From: Podarcis vaucheri
Lineage: Eukaryota
NCBI GenBank assembly: GCA_965113315.1
Contig: OZ220369.1
Direction: 5' to 3' (one strand)
DNA length: 64,000 nucleotides
The position numbers and the translations under genes were made by a program. A model generated the notes under the pieces. It made no database searches, had not been told where the DNA came from, and was given only the letters and a program-made list of their open reading frames with translations. This document shows positions 23,641-38,601 of this stretch, piece by piece; the first letter of the stretch is position 1, and each line of letters begins with the position of its first letter.

Positions 23641-26600
23641 TTAAGTTAGTCAACTCAAGTTTTGTTTTTTTCCAATAGGAATGATGTTCAACTAATTTAC
23701 CAGCCTTGAATTGTTTTTCTAGGCAAAGCAGGGTATAAATCCTGTAGAAATATTGGGATCAATGAGACTTAGTCCCAGGGAAGTGAGTATAAAACTGCAG
23801 CCTTAATTAAATAATTAAAGAAAAGTAATGTATGCCTGCTATTATTACAGCAGAGTCGTATTTTCTTAGATTTCTTGCCAAAAACCAGGAAGTTTAAGCA
23901 ATTCTTCAGAACTACATCTCAAAGCGTCCATGTCGCAAACCAAAAAATTCAATGACTGACATTTAATCGCAGATGGAAGAGAAAATGAATAATGGGGTAA
24001 CTCATATAGCCTTTATGATTAGATAATTTCAAGATAACTACCATTTCAGAACTGCTGGGTGAATTAATTTAGTCATTGTTGCCCACACTACGGCATATAT
24101 TTCCTCTTCTCTTCAAATTTGATTTTAAAATGTGGACTTCATTTTCCATAGTGACAAGGCACTATGGTCCTTTAGCGAACAAAAGAGGGAGCTGCAATAA
24201 AATGTTGCAGTGTGAAGGCCTGTTCACACTTCTAGTCAGCCTGAAATGCTCCACGATATTCCTCCTCCCCTTTGGATTTCTATTTTTTCCCCACCAGCAA
24301 GCCAGTCCTGGGATATTGGTTCATAGCTACCGAGCATGTTCAGCCACCACTGGGTTTTGGGGGTGATTTCTCCCCCTCCTCACAATGTCCCCCCAAGAGC
24401 TAAAAAAAAACACACACACTTCTACAACCATATGCCTTCCTCTTGTGCCCAGATGGTGACATTTCCCCTACATAAACTACATGCTTCCCTACATAAGCAT
24501 CAGCACTCACACCTGGGCACTGGAAACAGGACGAATGGAACAGATAATTTCAAGACGACTACCAGTTCAGAACAAAATGAGTGGATTTTCCTTGCCTACA
24601 TAATTGTGCAGCTTTGCCCTTATCCATGATAATGATCATGTCCAGTATCTATAAGAAGTATCTCTCTTGTGATCACTTCAAGTGCTTTAGAAAGGTTTTC
24701 CAAACATGTGACAGCTATCCCAACAAAAACGGTTGTTAAATTTCAGTTTCTGTTTTCCTTGATTCCTACAGTTAAGATTTTATTATTCTTATTCTTGAAT
24801 GGGCCTGTTAACTTATGGACACACATACACACCCAGTTCCAATCATCCTATCACCAGCAGCTACATATTTCTGTTGTCTGGTGGAGATCAACTGAGGAAT
24901 TACTTTTCCATTCCTTTCTCTAATCCTAAAGCATACCCTTGTTCTCTTCTGGTCCTTGCTTTCGCTATTTCCCACCAATCTACTTGCCTCCACACCTTGC
25001 AAAATAGTTGGCTTTATCTTCATAGCACAGGTGGGTTGGGATCAAGCTTTTGTTTCTTGACTTGGGAAAGGCTTATTGCAAGAAAGTATGAAAAGCCCAG
25101 GTATAACTGGTTGCTGTCCTACAGCCTTCAAAGAAGAAAAAATTCAGAATAGCTATGGAAACATCTTGTTACTCAATCATCCTCTCTTATGCTGAACAGT
25201 TCAGCAGATTTTCAGCCAATGTCAAGATCCCACATAGATGCTCAATCAAGCACTTCAGAAGCTTTTCATCTAGACCCCAACACACACCCCATCCTCATCC
25301 TCACTATGAATAGCTATACCAGTTTTGGGGCAAAGGCCTTCAGTCATTATGGACCTCAGCTGGCCAATATTCTTTACCCCTCCTCCCAATTGCTGATAGC
25401 CAAAGCATCTGATGCTGAGCCCTTACATTTTCCATGCATCTGAGATGCTCGCTTCTATTTGCTTCCACTCACACACAGGAAGCAGCAGCTAAACGGACAA
25501 GGGAGGCCTTTGCCCAAAACTATCACACCAGGACCAAAGGGGTTAAAAGAGCCCTTTGCCCATGTCTCAGCTTGTTTAGGACCCAATTCAGCAAGTGAAG
25601 CCAATTGAAAGGGGCTGTGGACTCAAAATGAAGTGACTGCCAGTTCCCTGTTGAACGTATGGAGCTAGGGTAGCCAACACGGTGCTCCTCTCCCCCCAAT
25701 CCAATGTTTTGGACTACAACTCCCATCAGCCCAGCCACCATGGAACGATGGAAATTGTAGTCCAAAACAGCTTGAGGGCACCATGTTGGCCACCCGGTTG
25801 CATACAGCAATCAATGCAAATAAAAAAGTGAAAAGAACTAAAGGAATCTGGAGCCTGCCTTTTGTTCCTGCCTCTGTACAGAAGTATTCAAACAAAAACC
25901 AAAAACATGTTCCTTTGTTTCATCTTCTACCAGCCACTGCTAGTGGCCTTCAGTATTTGCTCAACTAAAAATATGATTTTGGAACAGATAAATTCAAGAT
26001 GACAGTTGATGGCCAGTTAAGGAATACACGCATTTTGGGAATCCACCCTTAACCAATGTGCCCCTATGTATTGGCAAACACTACCTGTAGGGACTAGCTG
26101 CAGGGCTAACACTGGGGGGGGGGAGCCAGCCCCCAATATTTAGTTGCCTAGAGTAGAGCACAAATGGTACACACACACTTATGATTAGGACCAACACTGC
26201 TTTTTTAGAAGTCTTGCCACACCTTTCATATACCAGTTCCTGCTTTCAAAGAGGGTGCCTTATATCAAATCAAACTATTGGTGCCATCTACTTCAGTGCT
26301 GTCTGCACGGACTGGCAGCAGCTCTCTAGGGTCTCTGGCGGACATTTGTTCCCACCCTATCTGGAAAATCTGGGGTTTGAACCTGGGACCTTTCACACGG
26401 AAATTACATGTACTACTACTGACCTACAACCCTTCCCTATCATCCCTTGCAGCCTGAAGGCGGAATGTGTTGCATGAGAGTGGGGGAAACACCTAAGAAC
26501 TTTCAGTCTCACAACTGAAATGTGGATGCATGAAAAGGATAAAACAAGCAACCAGTTTATGTGGTCCTTAAAATGAGAAGACCCACAATCATTCCTTGCT

Positions 26601-26937
26601 TAATATGTGCACGTTCCTCATTTTGTATTACCAGAAAATAGGCACAGAGAACACACAGAACATATAAAGCTGCTTTATACAATGTCAGATCATTTATCTA
26701 CTGTTGCCTACTCGACTGGCAGCAGCTCTCCAAGGCCTCAGACCAGTGGTGAAGAATGTGTGGCCTCCCAGATGTTGCCAGACTGCAACGCCCATCACTC
26801 CTGGCCACTGACCATAGCGGGCAGGGCTGATAGCTGCTGAAGTCCAACAACAACTGGAGAGCCAGATGTGACCCACCACTGCTTTATGCCATCAGTTCCA
26901 TAGGAACATAAGAAGCTGCCTTATACTACATCCGAGC

Positions 26938-27654
26938 CAGTGTTAGAAACTGGGATGGAAAAGCTAGGAACTAAAGGCTCCTGCAACCTAGGTTGTGGGC
27001 GCCAAAACAGAAACTCTTGTCGCCATTTTTTAGAGCGGGGTAGGCAAGACTTTTTATTTATTATTTTGTTAAGCATGAACTAATATGCAATTCACATAAG
27101 AGACACATTGTTAATATCACATTTTTATCAGAAATCATAAATGCATGTTTAATTTGGTGTTTACAATAAAGATATTGGTACCATACTTCGGTTTTCAAAG
27201 CACTCTACAGTCGTACCTTGGTTCTCAAACAGAATCCGTTCCAGAAGTCCGTTCGACTTCCGAAAACATTCAGAAACCAAGGCACAGCTTCCGATTGGCT
27301 GCAGGAGCCTCCTGCACTCAATCGGAAGCTGCGGAAGCCTCGTTGGATGTCCAGCTTCCAAAAAACGTTCACAAACCGGAACACTCACTTCTGGGTTTGG
27401 GGCATTCAAGAGCCAAAATACTCAAGTCACATGGTGTTCAAGAACCAAGGTACAACTGTACTCTTTCTTGTTAAACTCCTTAACATAGTGTCTCTCTTTA
27501 ACATATTCTTCAAGGCTTCAAAGCACTTACATTTCAGTAATCCTTGAGTGTCAGCCAGGTGCAAAAAAATGGCACCCAGACTTGTTGAGGTGTTCACAAA
27601 TAGAGAATCTTTAGGTGCAAAATGCGCCTGGCGCCCTGCTAATTTCGAACCCTG
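26938..27654. mobile_element. hAT-like non-autonomous element inside a tRNA-derived SINE
   Basis: Termini CAGTGTTAGAAA / TTTCGAACCCTG; SINE sequence on both sides. Confidence 0.6.
27208..27458. mobile_element. Tigger-like MITE, second family
   Basis: TIR CAGTCGTACCTTGGTTCT / AGAACCAAGGTACAACTG, TA TSD. Confidence 0.85.
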
Positions 27655-30569
27655 CATCAGACCTCTGATCCATCTAGCTCAGTACTGTCTACACTGATTG
27701 GCAGCAGCTCTCCAAGGTTTCAGGCAGGATCCCGTCCCAATCCTACCTGTAGATACCTAGGTTGAACCTGGGCCCTTCCGCATTCAAAGCAGATGCCATA
27801 ACCAGCAACCTACAGCCCGTCCCCACAAGCCTGCCTTTCATCCACTGCAAGTGATATCCTTAGGGTCAAAATCCCTATCTTGCAACACCCATTTTTTTGT
27901 CTTGACTCCAACACTAACCAACGATAATAAAGAAAAGGTCTCTTATGTGACTGTCCTTCAAATAAGTGCAGGGTTCTAGCTATGAGAGTGAGGGGGTGCA
28001 AGTCCCCACCACAGCCACCCCCAGCCTTGCCTACGGCGTGCTGAGTACCTGTAGTTTACTCCTGTGGCTTTGAATGAGAAACCAGATGCAATTAATAATT
28101 AAGGAAAGCAGAAACCCTTGGCCTGCTTTTGCTTGCAGACAATAGCCCGGCCACAGCCAAAAGTGCTAAATTCCATTGCTCTTTAGTGAAAACAAATGCC
28201 ATGTTTCCTCTTGGAGTAATGAGTCTTCAGTCGGCTCGCTCGTCAGCCCAGAATGAGCAAAAATGGACTTACAAGGCAATAAACATTGCTTAGCTTCACA
28301 CCCAGAATCTGCCCCTGTGTGCGAGGGAAAGATGGTTTCATTTTAGAAGAAGCTGGAGAAGAAGAAAAATTCCTCGGAGTAAATTGAGCAAAAGCATCTC
28401 TACCCTGGGGGTGAAGTCTGATTAAAATAAGTCTTTTTGACGCAGAACAATTCTCGGCTTTCTGGGTTTCCCCAGCCACTCTGGGCGGCTTCCAACAAAA
28501 TATTAAACATTAAAAGCTTCTCTAAACAGGGCTGCCTTCAGATACACCCGCCTCCCCATTTTCTCCTCAAAACAACATTGCACAGGAAGGTAGACTGAGA
28601 GACAGTGGACTGGTCCAAGGTTACCCAGTGAGCTTCACGTTCGAGTAGCGATTTTGAACCCTTGTCTCCTAGATTCTAGTCCATCACTGTAACCACTACA
28701 CAACACTGCCAACCAAGCAAAGCAAAGACACACACGCAGACATATCCCTACAACTGACAGTGCCTTGCCTAACCAACATTTTCCAGTGCTTTTCCTTACT
28801 CCAAAGTACTCTTCTTTGGAGTAGTCCAGCTTCTGTGTTGATTTATTTTTGTTTAAATGGAGGTTGTTTGGAACTGTATCTGAGAGCAAAGAAAACCAGG
28901 AGTCCTCACATGTTATTCTGTGTTTGTTTGTTTACCTTAAACCTTAGAGCAAAAGCTGCAGTCACCAAGGCTGGGGCAAGAAGCAACAGGTCTCCTCCAC
29001 CATTTTCACCCAAATCCTTTCCAAAACTGGTGAAGGGAAAGGTTCAACTCAAGTAGGTGAAGACAAAGTTTGCAGCCCCCACTCAGAGTTTGGCAAGATG
29101 TAGCAAAGAAGAGTGGGGAACCTTGGACCTTCAGATGTAGTGAGGCTCCAGCTCCCATCAACCCCAGCCAACATGGCCAGTGGTTGAGGATGATGGGAGC
29201 TGTAAAACAACAACATCTGGAGGAGCACAGGCTCCCCATCCATTGACTAAGAACCTTGAGTAGCATTTCTACCACGGGCAGTCTTGCATAGTGGTTAGAC
29301 TCTAGCTGTTAATGGTGTCAGACTGATCCTGAGTTTGAATCCCTGCTCAACCATGAAGCTTGTGACATGACTGTGCAACATTTGCTTTCTTCCACCCTAG
29401 CTTACTTCGCAGGATTGTCACAAGGATAAAAGAGTGGGGAAGAGCCATGTGCCCCAAAGGTCTTTGGAAGAAAGGTGGGATAGAAACACAATAAAGACAG
29501 CAGTGCAGAACTACAGAAATATAATCCAGATGAAAAAAGTGTTTCAAAGCCACACTAGCGCTAGCAATGACAAGCCTACCACAGGGAAATCCATCTCCCA
29601 AATTCTTAGGCACATAGGCCTGATTGCAAGAGTCCAAACACAATTCAGACAGTAAGATTTAGCATCCTCCTCGTAGCCGTGCACCCATCCTAAATTGCAA
29701 CCTTTTTTCTAGCTCACCTTCCCTGTACTTTTAACAACTGCACAACAGGCGGAAATTCTACAGATGCAGCTTTTGCTGGCACATATATGCATTCAATGAG
29801 GGAAGCTGTATCTGCTGAATGTCTATTGCAACCCTGTGAAAGGCACCAGCAGAAAATAGAAAAGGTGGTGGCAACCATAATGTTATTCCACCCGCACTAA
29901 TGTTCAACAAACCTGTGAGGTATGAAACACAATTACTCCACTTTTCAGGCCTGGGAAAGTTCGTCCAAGACAAAGGGACTTTTCCAAGGGTACTCAGGAA
30001 GTCGATAGCAGAATCACAATATGAGGCAGAAGTTTTTTTTCCAGCGGCTTTGTTCAAATGAGAAGCAACACCCCAAAAGGGTACTTCCTCTGAACGATAT
30101 TCACCGGATTGCAATGAGGACCTGCTCTAAGTATAGAACATTCAGGATTGCAGCCTTGCAGCCCAATCCTATGCATGTTTATTGAATTCAATGGGGTTCA
30201 CTTCTACATCATGGTGTGCTGCGATGGTGGGGAGAGCCAGGTTTATATCCTGCTCTGCCTCGCAGTTTACTGGGTGATCACATGCACACACACAGTCTCA
30301 GTCCAATCTACCTCACAGGGTTGTTGTGTAGATAAAAAAGTGAAGGAGCCATGTCCATTCCAACTCAACAATTACATAATTTTTTCTTTAGAGAATGGGA
30401 ATAAGAATAATGATACAAATCTAATCCAACAAGAAGTCTTAAGAAGATGCAACTGAAGCCAATCCCTGCGGCTGTGTAACCCTAAATATCCTTCTAGAGT
30501 TAAGCTTCACTGAAATCAGTGGGGTTTACTTCCGAGTAAACCCGCTTACGGTTATGCTACCAAAACGAA

Positions 30570-32120
30570 AAATCCGATGCGCACCTCCTTGCTCGCAACT
30601 CCCACTGCGTGACGTTTACTTCTGAGTAAAGCATGGCTAGGATCGGGCCGGAAGCCGATCCCTTTCGCCTGCGCTTGCATCCTTGGGAACGGTGCACCAT
30701 CCCCGACTCTTACCGCCAAGCCGTTTTTTCTACGAAGCATTTCCTCTGCAGGAAAGGGCCCGGCCTCTCCTAGAGACACCCGGGCAGAAACTTGGATGCT
30801 TGGGAAGTTCCCAGAGCGAGCGAACGAGAGAGCGAGAGCGATCCTCAGCCTTCTCTCTCTCTCTCTCTATCCCAAGCTAAGATTTCAAGGGCAAAAACAT
30901 AACAAAAAAAGAAAAGTAGTAGTCATCCTTTTTTTTAAAAAAAAAAGATGAAAACGAACCCAGCCACAGGAAACCCTCCCAGTTTCCAGTCGCTAATTAG
31001 TTTTTTTAAGGGTCTGTCTACACACACTGGCAACTTGAACAAAGCGGATGCCTTGAATTCCTTCCCAGCCCCAGCTTGGTTTTGGCAGAAGCCCATCTTG
31101 GAGCCCAGAAATCAGCCCAGGAGGAGGAGGAGGAGGCGGAAAAGGGCGATCGGGAGGCAGGGAGGAAGAGCCCCCCGCAACTTCCCCTCCTGCCCTGACC
31201 CCCAAAGCGCACCCCGATCCCACCCTGACTCAACTCACACATAGCAAACCCCACCCCACCCCACCAAAAAATAAATAAAAAATCCCCTCGCCTACCTCCT
31301 TCTTCTCCCCGCCGAATCCGCCACCTTTTTCCTTCCCCTAAGGAACTTAGCCGGGAATCGAAGGATCCAAGTCCGCCAAGGACTTTCTGGAGGAGCGGCG
31401 AAGGCGTCGGTAGCAGCCGCGCCGCCAACCAGCAGCAATTGCAGTTGCAGCAGCTGCAGCCCGGAGTTTCGTCGCCTCAGGCTGCGGCAGCGGAGACCCC
31501 CGGGGCCCCCCACTCCGCGATGCGCGGCGGCGGCGGCGGCCCGCTTGGATCCGGCCCGCTCGCAGGGCTGCAGTGCTGGGGCTCCTCCTGACAATGAGAG
31601 GCGGGGAGCAGCAGCAGCAGCCCCTGCTGGCGGGCGGGCGGGCGGCCCTGACGTCAGGAGGAAGGAGAAGGGTGGATGAGAAGGAGGAGGAGAAAAGGAG
31701 GGCCTGGCCGCTCGCCTCGCCTCCGCAGACTTCCCCCCAGCCGCCTTCTCTTGCTTGCTTCCCTCGCCCGCCAAAGTAGGGCCGCCTCGCGCGCCGCATT
31801 CGAGCCAGGACTCGCAAGGTCCCGCGCAGAAGCGCGGTCGTGAGGAGGGTTGCCCTCCTCCCCGTGTCAGCGCCACGCGCGGACCGCGGCTCCTTAAAAG
31901 GCAACACTTTTCCTCCTCCTCTGAGGAAGGTTTCGCGCGTTCCATTTGCTGCCTTTCCTTTCCTAAGCCCGCCTTCCCCCCCCCCACTCCCTCGGCGTTG
32001 CTTCTTTCTTGCTCCTTTCCCTTCCTCGCGCGTTTGTCCTCAGAGTGAGGTAGGTTAGGGTGAGCGAGACTTAGCCGCAAAGTCACGCAAGCGAGCGGGG
32101 GGCGGGGGGAGGTTCAGCTC
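30570..32120 (-). promoter_or_regulatory. CpG island, promoter/first non-coding exon of a neighbouring gene (probably LUZP1)
   Basis: Very GC/CpG-rich with (GGC)n runs and GC boxes, palindromic CRE cctgacgtcagg (TGACGTCA 31649..31656), E2F-like TTTCGCGC 31931..31938, and a candidate minus-strand donor GAG|GTAGGC at 31296/31295. Gene identity and strand are inferred only from the recalled vertebrate order HTR1D-LUZP1-KDM1A. Confidence 0.65.
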
Positions 32121-35100
32121 AGGGCTCCTTACTCCCAGGTCGTCTGGATCTCCAGGTGTGGGTGGTTTTCCCATCATCCCTGACCATGGATTGGCCGGTG
32201 CTGATGGGAGTCCGAAGGACACCTGGTTCCTCATCTGCACCCTGCTCTTCAACCAGCAGTGTGGGCACTAAAATAAATTGGTACGGCGTTATCTATCACC
32301 ACTGTGGCAGGTGGGTGGCACCGTGCTGGCTACACTCAGAGCTGCAATATCTGGGACTGTGGCTATTTCAGATCAACCCACCGAGCTTACAAGAGTAGCA
32401 AAAGGTATTTTTTTTATAAAGAGAGACACCTTTGATTAAACCTCCCCCCCTTTCTTTTCATACATCAGAAAAGCAGATAGCAAATTTCTCCCACCGGTTT
32501 TGCAAACCTGTCTCTGGAGAGCCTATATCGGCCCATTAATGCTCTAGGATTATGTAAAATAACATTATAATCTTAATGCTATGTTTATTTTTTGTGTGGA
32601 GACTGTATTAAATTTGATTTAATAAATAAATGAGAAAAGGAGCAATTGTGAGATACAAGAGGCAGAGGCAGACAGTTCTATGCAAAGCGTTAGTACATAC
32701 CAGCTAAGCACAGTGACCTTTGTTGTATTTGTTTTCCGGGGGGGGGGGACACAACTTAATTTGGAACAGAGCCTACAAGAGCCTACCTTATAACCTATTT
32801 CTAATGTTGCCACTCTTACCCCAAAGTCGAATTCTCCTACATCTTCCCAACATTTTATACAGTATATGGAAATCATTCATATGCCACACCTATCCTCACA
32901 TCAAGATTGATACCTGAGACCACCAACCCTCTTTCTCCATCCTGCTGTGGTTTGTGCTAGCCTGCCTGGCACTGGCTTCCGAAACTGGCCATAACTTCTT
33001 TTCTTTTAATAACTTTAATAAAATGATATAACAATTAGTCACAGAAAGGAAAGGAAATCCATATTAGGGCAAAACCTTTATAGGATGGCTGCCGGTCAAA
33101 ATGTACTCAACAATATTCACTGTTTGGATAGGTGATTATGGGGAGGTGGAAGGGAGGCAAGATAGAGCAGGGGTATTTGGGAAGGTACCATAGCTCAGTA
33201 TCACAGCACATGGTTTACCTGGTATGTGCAGGAAGTTTGAGGGTCTATCCCTGGCATTTCCAATTACGTAGAAGGATCTCTGCTACCCTAGAGAGCGGCT
33301 TCGAGTCATAGTACATATAGCATTGAGAAAGATGGGACAGTGTCATCAGTTAATTCATGTTACTTCATGTGGACTAGAGGCAAGATGCATGCATTACTTA
33401 TTTGGAGATTTAACTGCTTAAAGACCCAAGAAAAGGGGCTGATTAAAAAAAACCTCCCCAAAAGACAAAACACTGTTTTGCAAGTGGCAGATAACAGAAA
33501 GCAGATGTGGCCCCATCAAATAGGAGCAATGTGTACATATGGGCCAGATTCACATTTTCTATCACTTGATTATTCAATCCTTGGGACTAAAATTTAGTAC
33601 ACATAAGAAATTCAGCAGCATTTTGGCAACTGAAAACAACTTTAGCAATTGTTAGCATCTTCCATCTATTGTTTTTGAAATTCAGCTCTTAAGGGACACT
33701 TTAAAAAAACAAAAAACCTGCAACCTTGTGATTATTATTCCTTTTCCTGTTCATAGAAGGAAAGGGGTGGGAATCTTGCATAAGATTGTTGCTCTGACAA
33801 TATACACTGCCCATGAGAGTACAGCTGCTCAAATGAGTAATTATTTGCAGAAGGGAGCAGCAAGTAGATAGTCAGTGCAAGAAGTGAGTTTGCATATTTC
33901 TACTCTTCCTTCCACATCCTGATTTTTAGATTGTATGCTCCTTGAGACAGGGTCTTCTCCTTCTTGTAATTTGTAAAGCACCATCTATATGACAGTTCTG
34001 AGTCCAATGGGACTTAAACCCAGGTAAGCAGGTAAGCCCTGGATCTCGAGAATGTATTAATACATTACACAAGGCAAGAGGTATACATTGGTTCTTAATA
34101 CATTTCAAGGAAATGCTTATATCAACCTGTGTGACATAATGGTTGCCACTTTTACACAGATGTTACATACCATGTTGCACTAGTTACGTTTGGAAGGGTG
34201 AGACTGTGCGGGACAGGAGAAGATGTTATGGTTATTTCCATGCCAGTGCTGTCTGTCGCCTGGGAGTTGAGGCACTGGAGTAGAAAGTTACAACTTCATT
34301 CACCTATCCCATGTGATCTCCCACTTTCAAGCATGACCTGTTTATTGCATAGCTCAATCACACGCAAGCAGCTATCATGCTATACCACAAATGGTGTAAG
34401 AATCAGTTGTCAGGATCCTTCCTGTCCTGTTGCAAGTTGATTTTTCTTAGGGTGGCAATAATTGCTGCTGTCATCATGCAGTTTCCTAGACAAGGGATCC
34501 AGCCCTAAGGTCTCTCAACTGCCTCTAGGGTCAGATCCTAAGTTGGCTGGCCAAATATCTTCTAATCATTTAGTTCTGGGGTGGGAAAGCTAGTTGCCCT
34601 GTGGGTGATTTGAGGAGCAGTCCTTCAGCATCTGCAGGTTCCCCACTCCCTGATTTAGTTAAATAAGGTAAGTACTTGCGGGTCAACTCCTGACATCCAA
34701 GAATCATAGAAAAAAAATCAGTGACAAAATTCTAAATATGTAAAGTGTATCTTAGCTTGTATTTCTTTATTTGTTGATATTTTATTTTAAAAAATCAGTG
34801 ACACGCATCAATATATTGGAAACACAGGTGAGTACCTGAGACAACACCTAAAGCAGCCCAGGTGACTATATAGACACAAGTAAGCCCCAAGCTAAGATGG
34901 GGCCGAATATCAGCATTACAACGTAAAAAAAAAAGTGTCTGTCTTCCCCCACCCTCCCCAAAAAAAGCCTTGTAGGACTGAACTCCATTGAAAATGTTTA
35001 GAAACTTTTATCAAAATACAAGTTATATTTTAGTCTTGGATGCATGCAGTTTGACAATAGATCCTTCTTAAATTGGTACAGAATTTGTTGTGCACACCAC

Positions 35101-36462
35101 GATGCCATCATTTCCCAAATTGAGAGATACAGCACCAAGCAGACTTCTTAGCAGAACTTTCCCCCATTCCCTTTCCCTATCGCATATTATATATTCCTTT
35201 CATTTACCTTCCTTATCTCATTATAAAAGCTCACACCCTTCCACTCATGTACTGTAATAGCAGACATGAGAGGAGGAGGGGTGGGATGAAGAAGATAATA
35301 CGTTAGATTTGCAGAGTATTAGAACAATGGCTTTATTCAGCATTGACAGAAGAACGTTGCACTTGTCTTGATGCTTTGTAGTAGCCTTAGTTACATGTTA
35401 ATAGAAGGTTAATAATAGTTAACAGCAAAAAAGGGGGACTAAAATTTTGACATAGAGACTTAATTTGACACTTGTCCCCGCCATTCCAGTATCCCCCATA
35501 GTACTGACTGCATGAACTGAGAAGGCATGTCAAAGAGGCAGCTATAATGTTTCTAGAGGAAGGCATTCAATAAAAGGCATTCTGGGAGGCATTCAATAAA
35601 AGCAACGTCCTCCCATATGCAATTGTCCCATAAAGTGTCCCAATTTTTATTTTATTTTTAAAAGAACCTATCCAGAAATACAGGTGGGACAGAAAAATGC
35701 ATTTAAATATTAGCAAATCCAGATCTTTTTGTATGAACTGTCTTGATTTGCTATGCTGAGGTGCATTGTTCCATCCATTGCTAATTCAGCAATATTATTA
35801 TTTATTTCACTACTTCCCACTCTTGTATAAGCCATGCAACGCATTAGGTGTTTTAGACTGCATTCTCAGTCTGATAGAGGAAAAGATGCTTGAAATGAAC
35901 CTAAGTATTATTGTAAACTGAAAAAAACACAGCGTATACTCCATAAACTTCAATAAATTCAGTTACATCCATATTACACTGGGTGGATAAGCAATGCAAG
36001 GTAGTTTTCTACTAAACCATGCTTGCAGGGTGGGCGGAGTGTATTATTTTATGAAACCACAGAGTTCTGAGTTCTGAAAATCTCCCTGGCAAACCTGTGC
36101 AGATAACTTAAGCCATCAAATCCAAATGACTTTATAGAGTAGTCCCACTGAAACTTACTTTGATATATACGAACTGAGGACTGCAGCCTTCTTCACTAGG
36201 GAGAATTGTTCCTAAGAGTGCAAACCTACCTGAAAGTAAATCCCATTGAAATCTGTGGGATTTACTCCCATGTAAATCAGGATATTATGGTGCAACACAT
36301 AAACCTTGGGAGGCTTGCTACTGAGTTCGATTGCAGCCCTGGACTCCTAAAACCCATTCGCTTGGAAGCAATTCTCATTGGCGTGTCAGTCACATATAGC
36401 TCTAAGTGTGCTGAATCACAGGGTTCTAAATGGCTCATACAGTACTCTAATATCCTGCTCAG

Positions 36463-36465
<3 letters not shown>

Positions 36466-36501
<36 letters not shown>
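36466..36501. repeat. (CA)n microsatellite
   Basis: Directly visible. Confidence 0.97.
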
Positions 36502-36504
<3 letters not shown>

Positions 36505-37945
36505 ACCGTCGTATATTCATAGCATAATGCAGTACAAGAAAGCACAACAGAGAGAAACCACCGGATTTTACAAAAGCCTGTTTTCAACTTGGCAATAGGA
36601 AATAAATGGGGGCGGGGTGGGGGAAAAAGCCTCAATAATACCTGGAAGTAGGGTGAAGAAGTCTTGCTTCTAGTCATGCTGGGGCAGGCTGCTGCTGCTG
36701 CTGCTGCTTTTGTGAAATGCGGCATTGCACAACGGATCCCAGTATGGAGGCACGGGTGCGCTGCTGCAGTGCAAAATCCTGCCAGCAATTACTTGGTTAA
36801 ATCTCTGCTCTGATTGCTGATTCCAAAGGCTCAGCATAATTTCTGAGGAAGGGAAAGACAGTCCCTTCTGACTGCTTTGCCAGCTTTTGGAATCCGGATA
36901 ATCTTCAGAATGGGCAGGTTAGGAATGCACTCACAAAGCCGGGATAGGACAGCTCTTCTTGCCATGAACTCTTCCCAAAGCATTCAGGCTTCATCCGGAA
37001 TGAGGAAATGTGCTAGCTCTGGCAAACAGGATGCTCTCCACCATTTGAGGAGCAACGCATCATCACACGCTCCCAATACTTGAAAAAGCAAGGAGCATTT
37101 CTTGATGACATATACGGTGGCGATGTTGCAGTTTGGCTTCCTTTTGGCACCTCTGCTTTTTAGAGGATTCCTGGTTTTGAAAAATATAACCATGATCCCA
37201 TGGCAATTATGAGGAAGTGTGATCAGCATGAGGGACGCATACAATTCTGGGCAAGATTCCAAGGGCCACATGCTATTGACAGGCAGAGCCAAGGGCGAAA
37301 ATGAGCAGAACAATGAATGCAAACGCAACCTTTGTACAGTAGGCTAGTTTCTGCCCACATTCACACACACACAAACACCCAGCTCTATCTGCCATCAAGC
37401 AGGAGGTATTATCCTGATTTAAGGACACATTCCAGCCAGGCAACAACACTTGGGAGCGCAAAGCAGAGGGGTGTGGCCTGGGGAGAGGGGTGTGGCCTGA
37501 AGAGCGTTCCAAGGACATGATAGAGAAGTGTATAGATCCGTATCCGTCCCCACTGCCCTATGAATTCTATGCCTGTCTCTGGTTCAGTTTAAGGAAAACC
37601 TATTATCGCATGATCTCTGGTTAAAATGCCAGTATAAAGCACCTTCATCCATGTTTGTGGCAGCTTGCCATCCATGCAAGTTGGCACATGGAGACATGTA
37701 TGCTGGTGTGTGGAATTAAGTAATGAGGTTTGAAAATAGGGGAACCAAGCATGTTTACTGTTTATCGAAGTCCTTCCCAGCTTCATCAGACTACCCATAA
37801 CCTCCCCTTCTCAGGATAGCAGAGCCCAGGATGTTAACAGAGAACTACTGGCAGACATTGTTCTCAACCTGCAGAAGATACCATGTGAGCAATTGCAGTT
37901 GGGAAAGATATACCCAAACCTACAGAGGCTGCAATTCTACCTCTA

Positions 37946-38171
37946 CAGTGGTACCTCGGGTTACAGATGCTTCAGGTTACAGACTCCACTAACCCAGAAA
38001 TAGTACCTCAGGTTAAGAACTTTGCTTCAGGAAGAGAACAGAAATCACGTGGCAGCGGCACAGCAGCAGCGGGAGGCCCCATTCGCTAAAGTGGTACCTC
38101 AGGTTAAGAACAGTTTCAGGTTAAGAACGAACCTCCAGAACAAATTAAGTTCTTAACCCGAGGTACCACTG
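37946..38171. mobile_element. Tigger-like MITE
   Basis: Same TIRs, TA TSD. Confidence 0.9.
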
Positions 38172-38601
38172 TACTAGTAAATCTCACTAGATCCAGTCAC
38201 CTTAAGAGTAATGGGATTGGCTGGATGGTACAAATCAGTTTGCGTTTTATTTTTGCTTAGATAAAATGGTTGTGCGGCATTTATGATGGTTGACATGGAC
38301 CGGGTAAGGTAAGCAGACAGAAAAGTACAGAGATGTGGAAGTATTTAAACAGCCGAATGAAGTTCACATCTAGCAAAGCTCTCAGAAAATGATTCATGTT
38401 GGATTGCTGATGTTTTGCAAATGCAGGTCTTCAGCATTTCTACATTCTCCTTACTTGGTGGTTGTTGTTGTTGTTTGCCCTGCCTTCTTCCTTGACAGGA
38501 CTCAAGGCAGCTTACAGATAAAAACAAGAACCACTAAAAACATAGGAAAAAACCACCATTAAAAACAAACAAACATTAATAGAATGAAAACTATTTATAT
38601 A

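Noticed and set aside
31292-32086. 264-aa and overlapping ORFs in the CpG island
   Set aside because: GC-rich low-complexity translations, open in several frames, with no recognisable domain.
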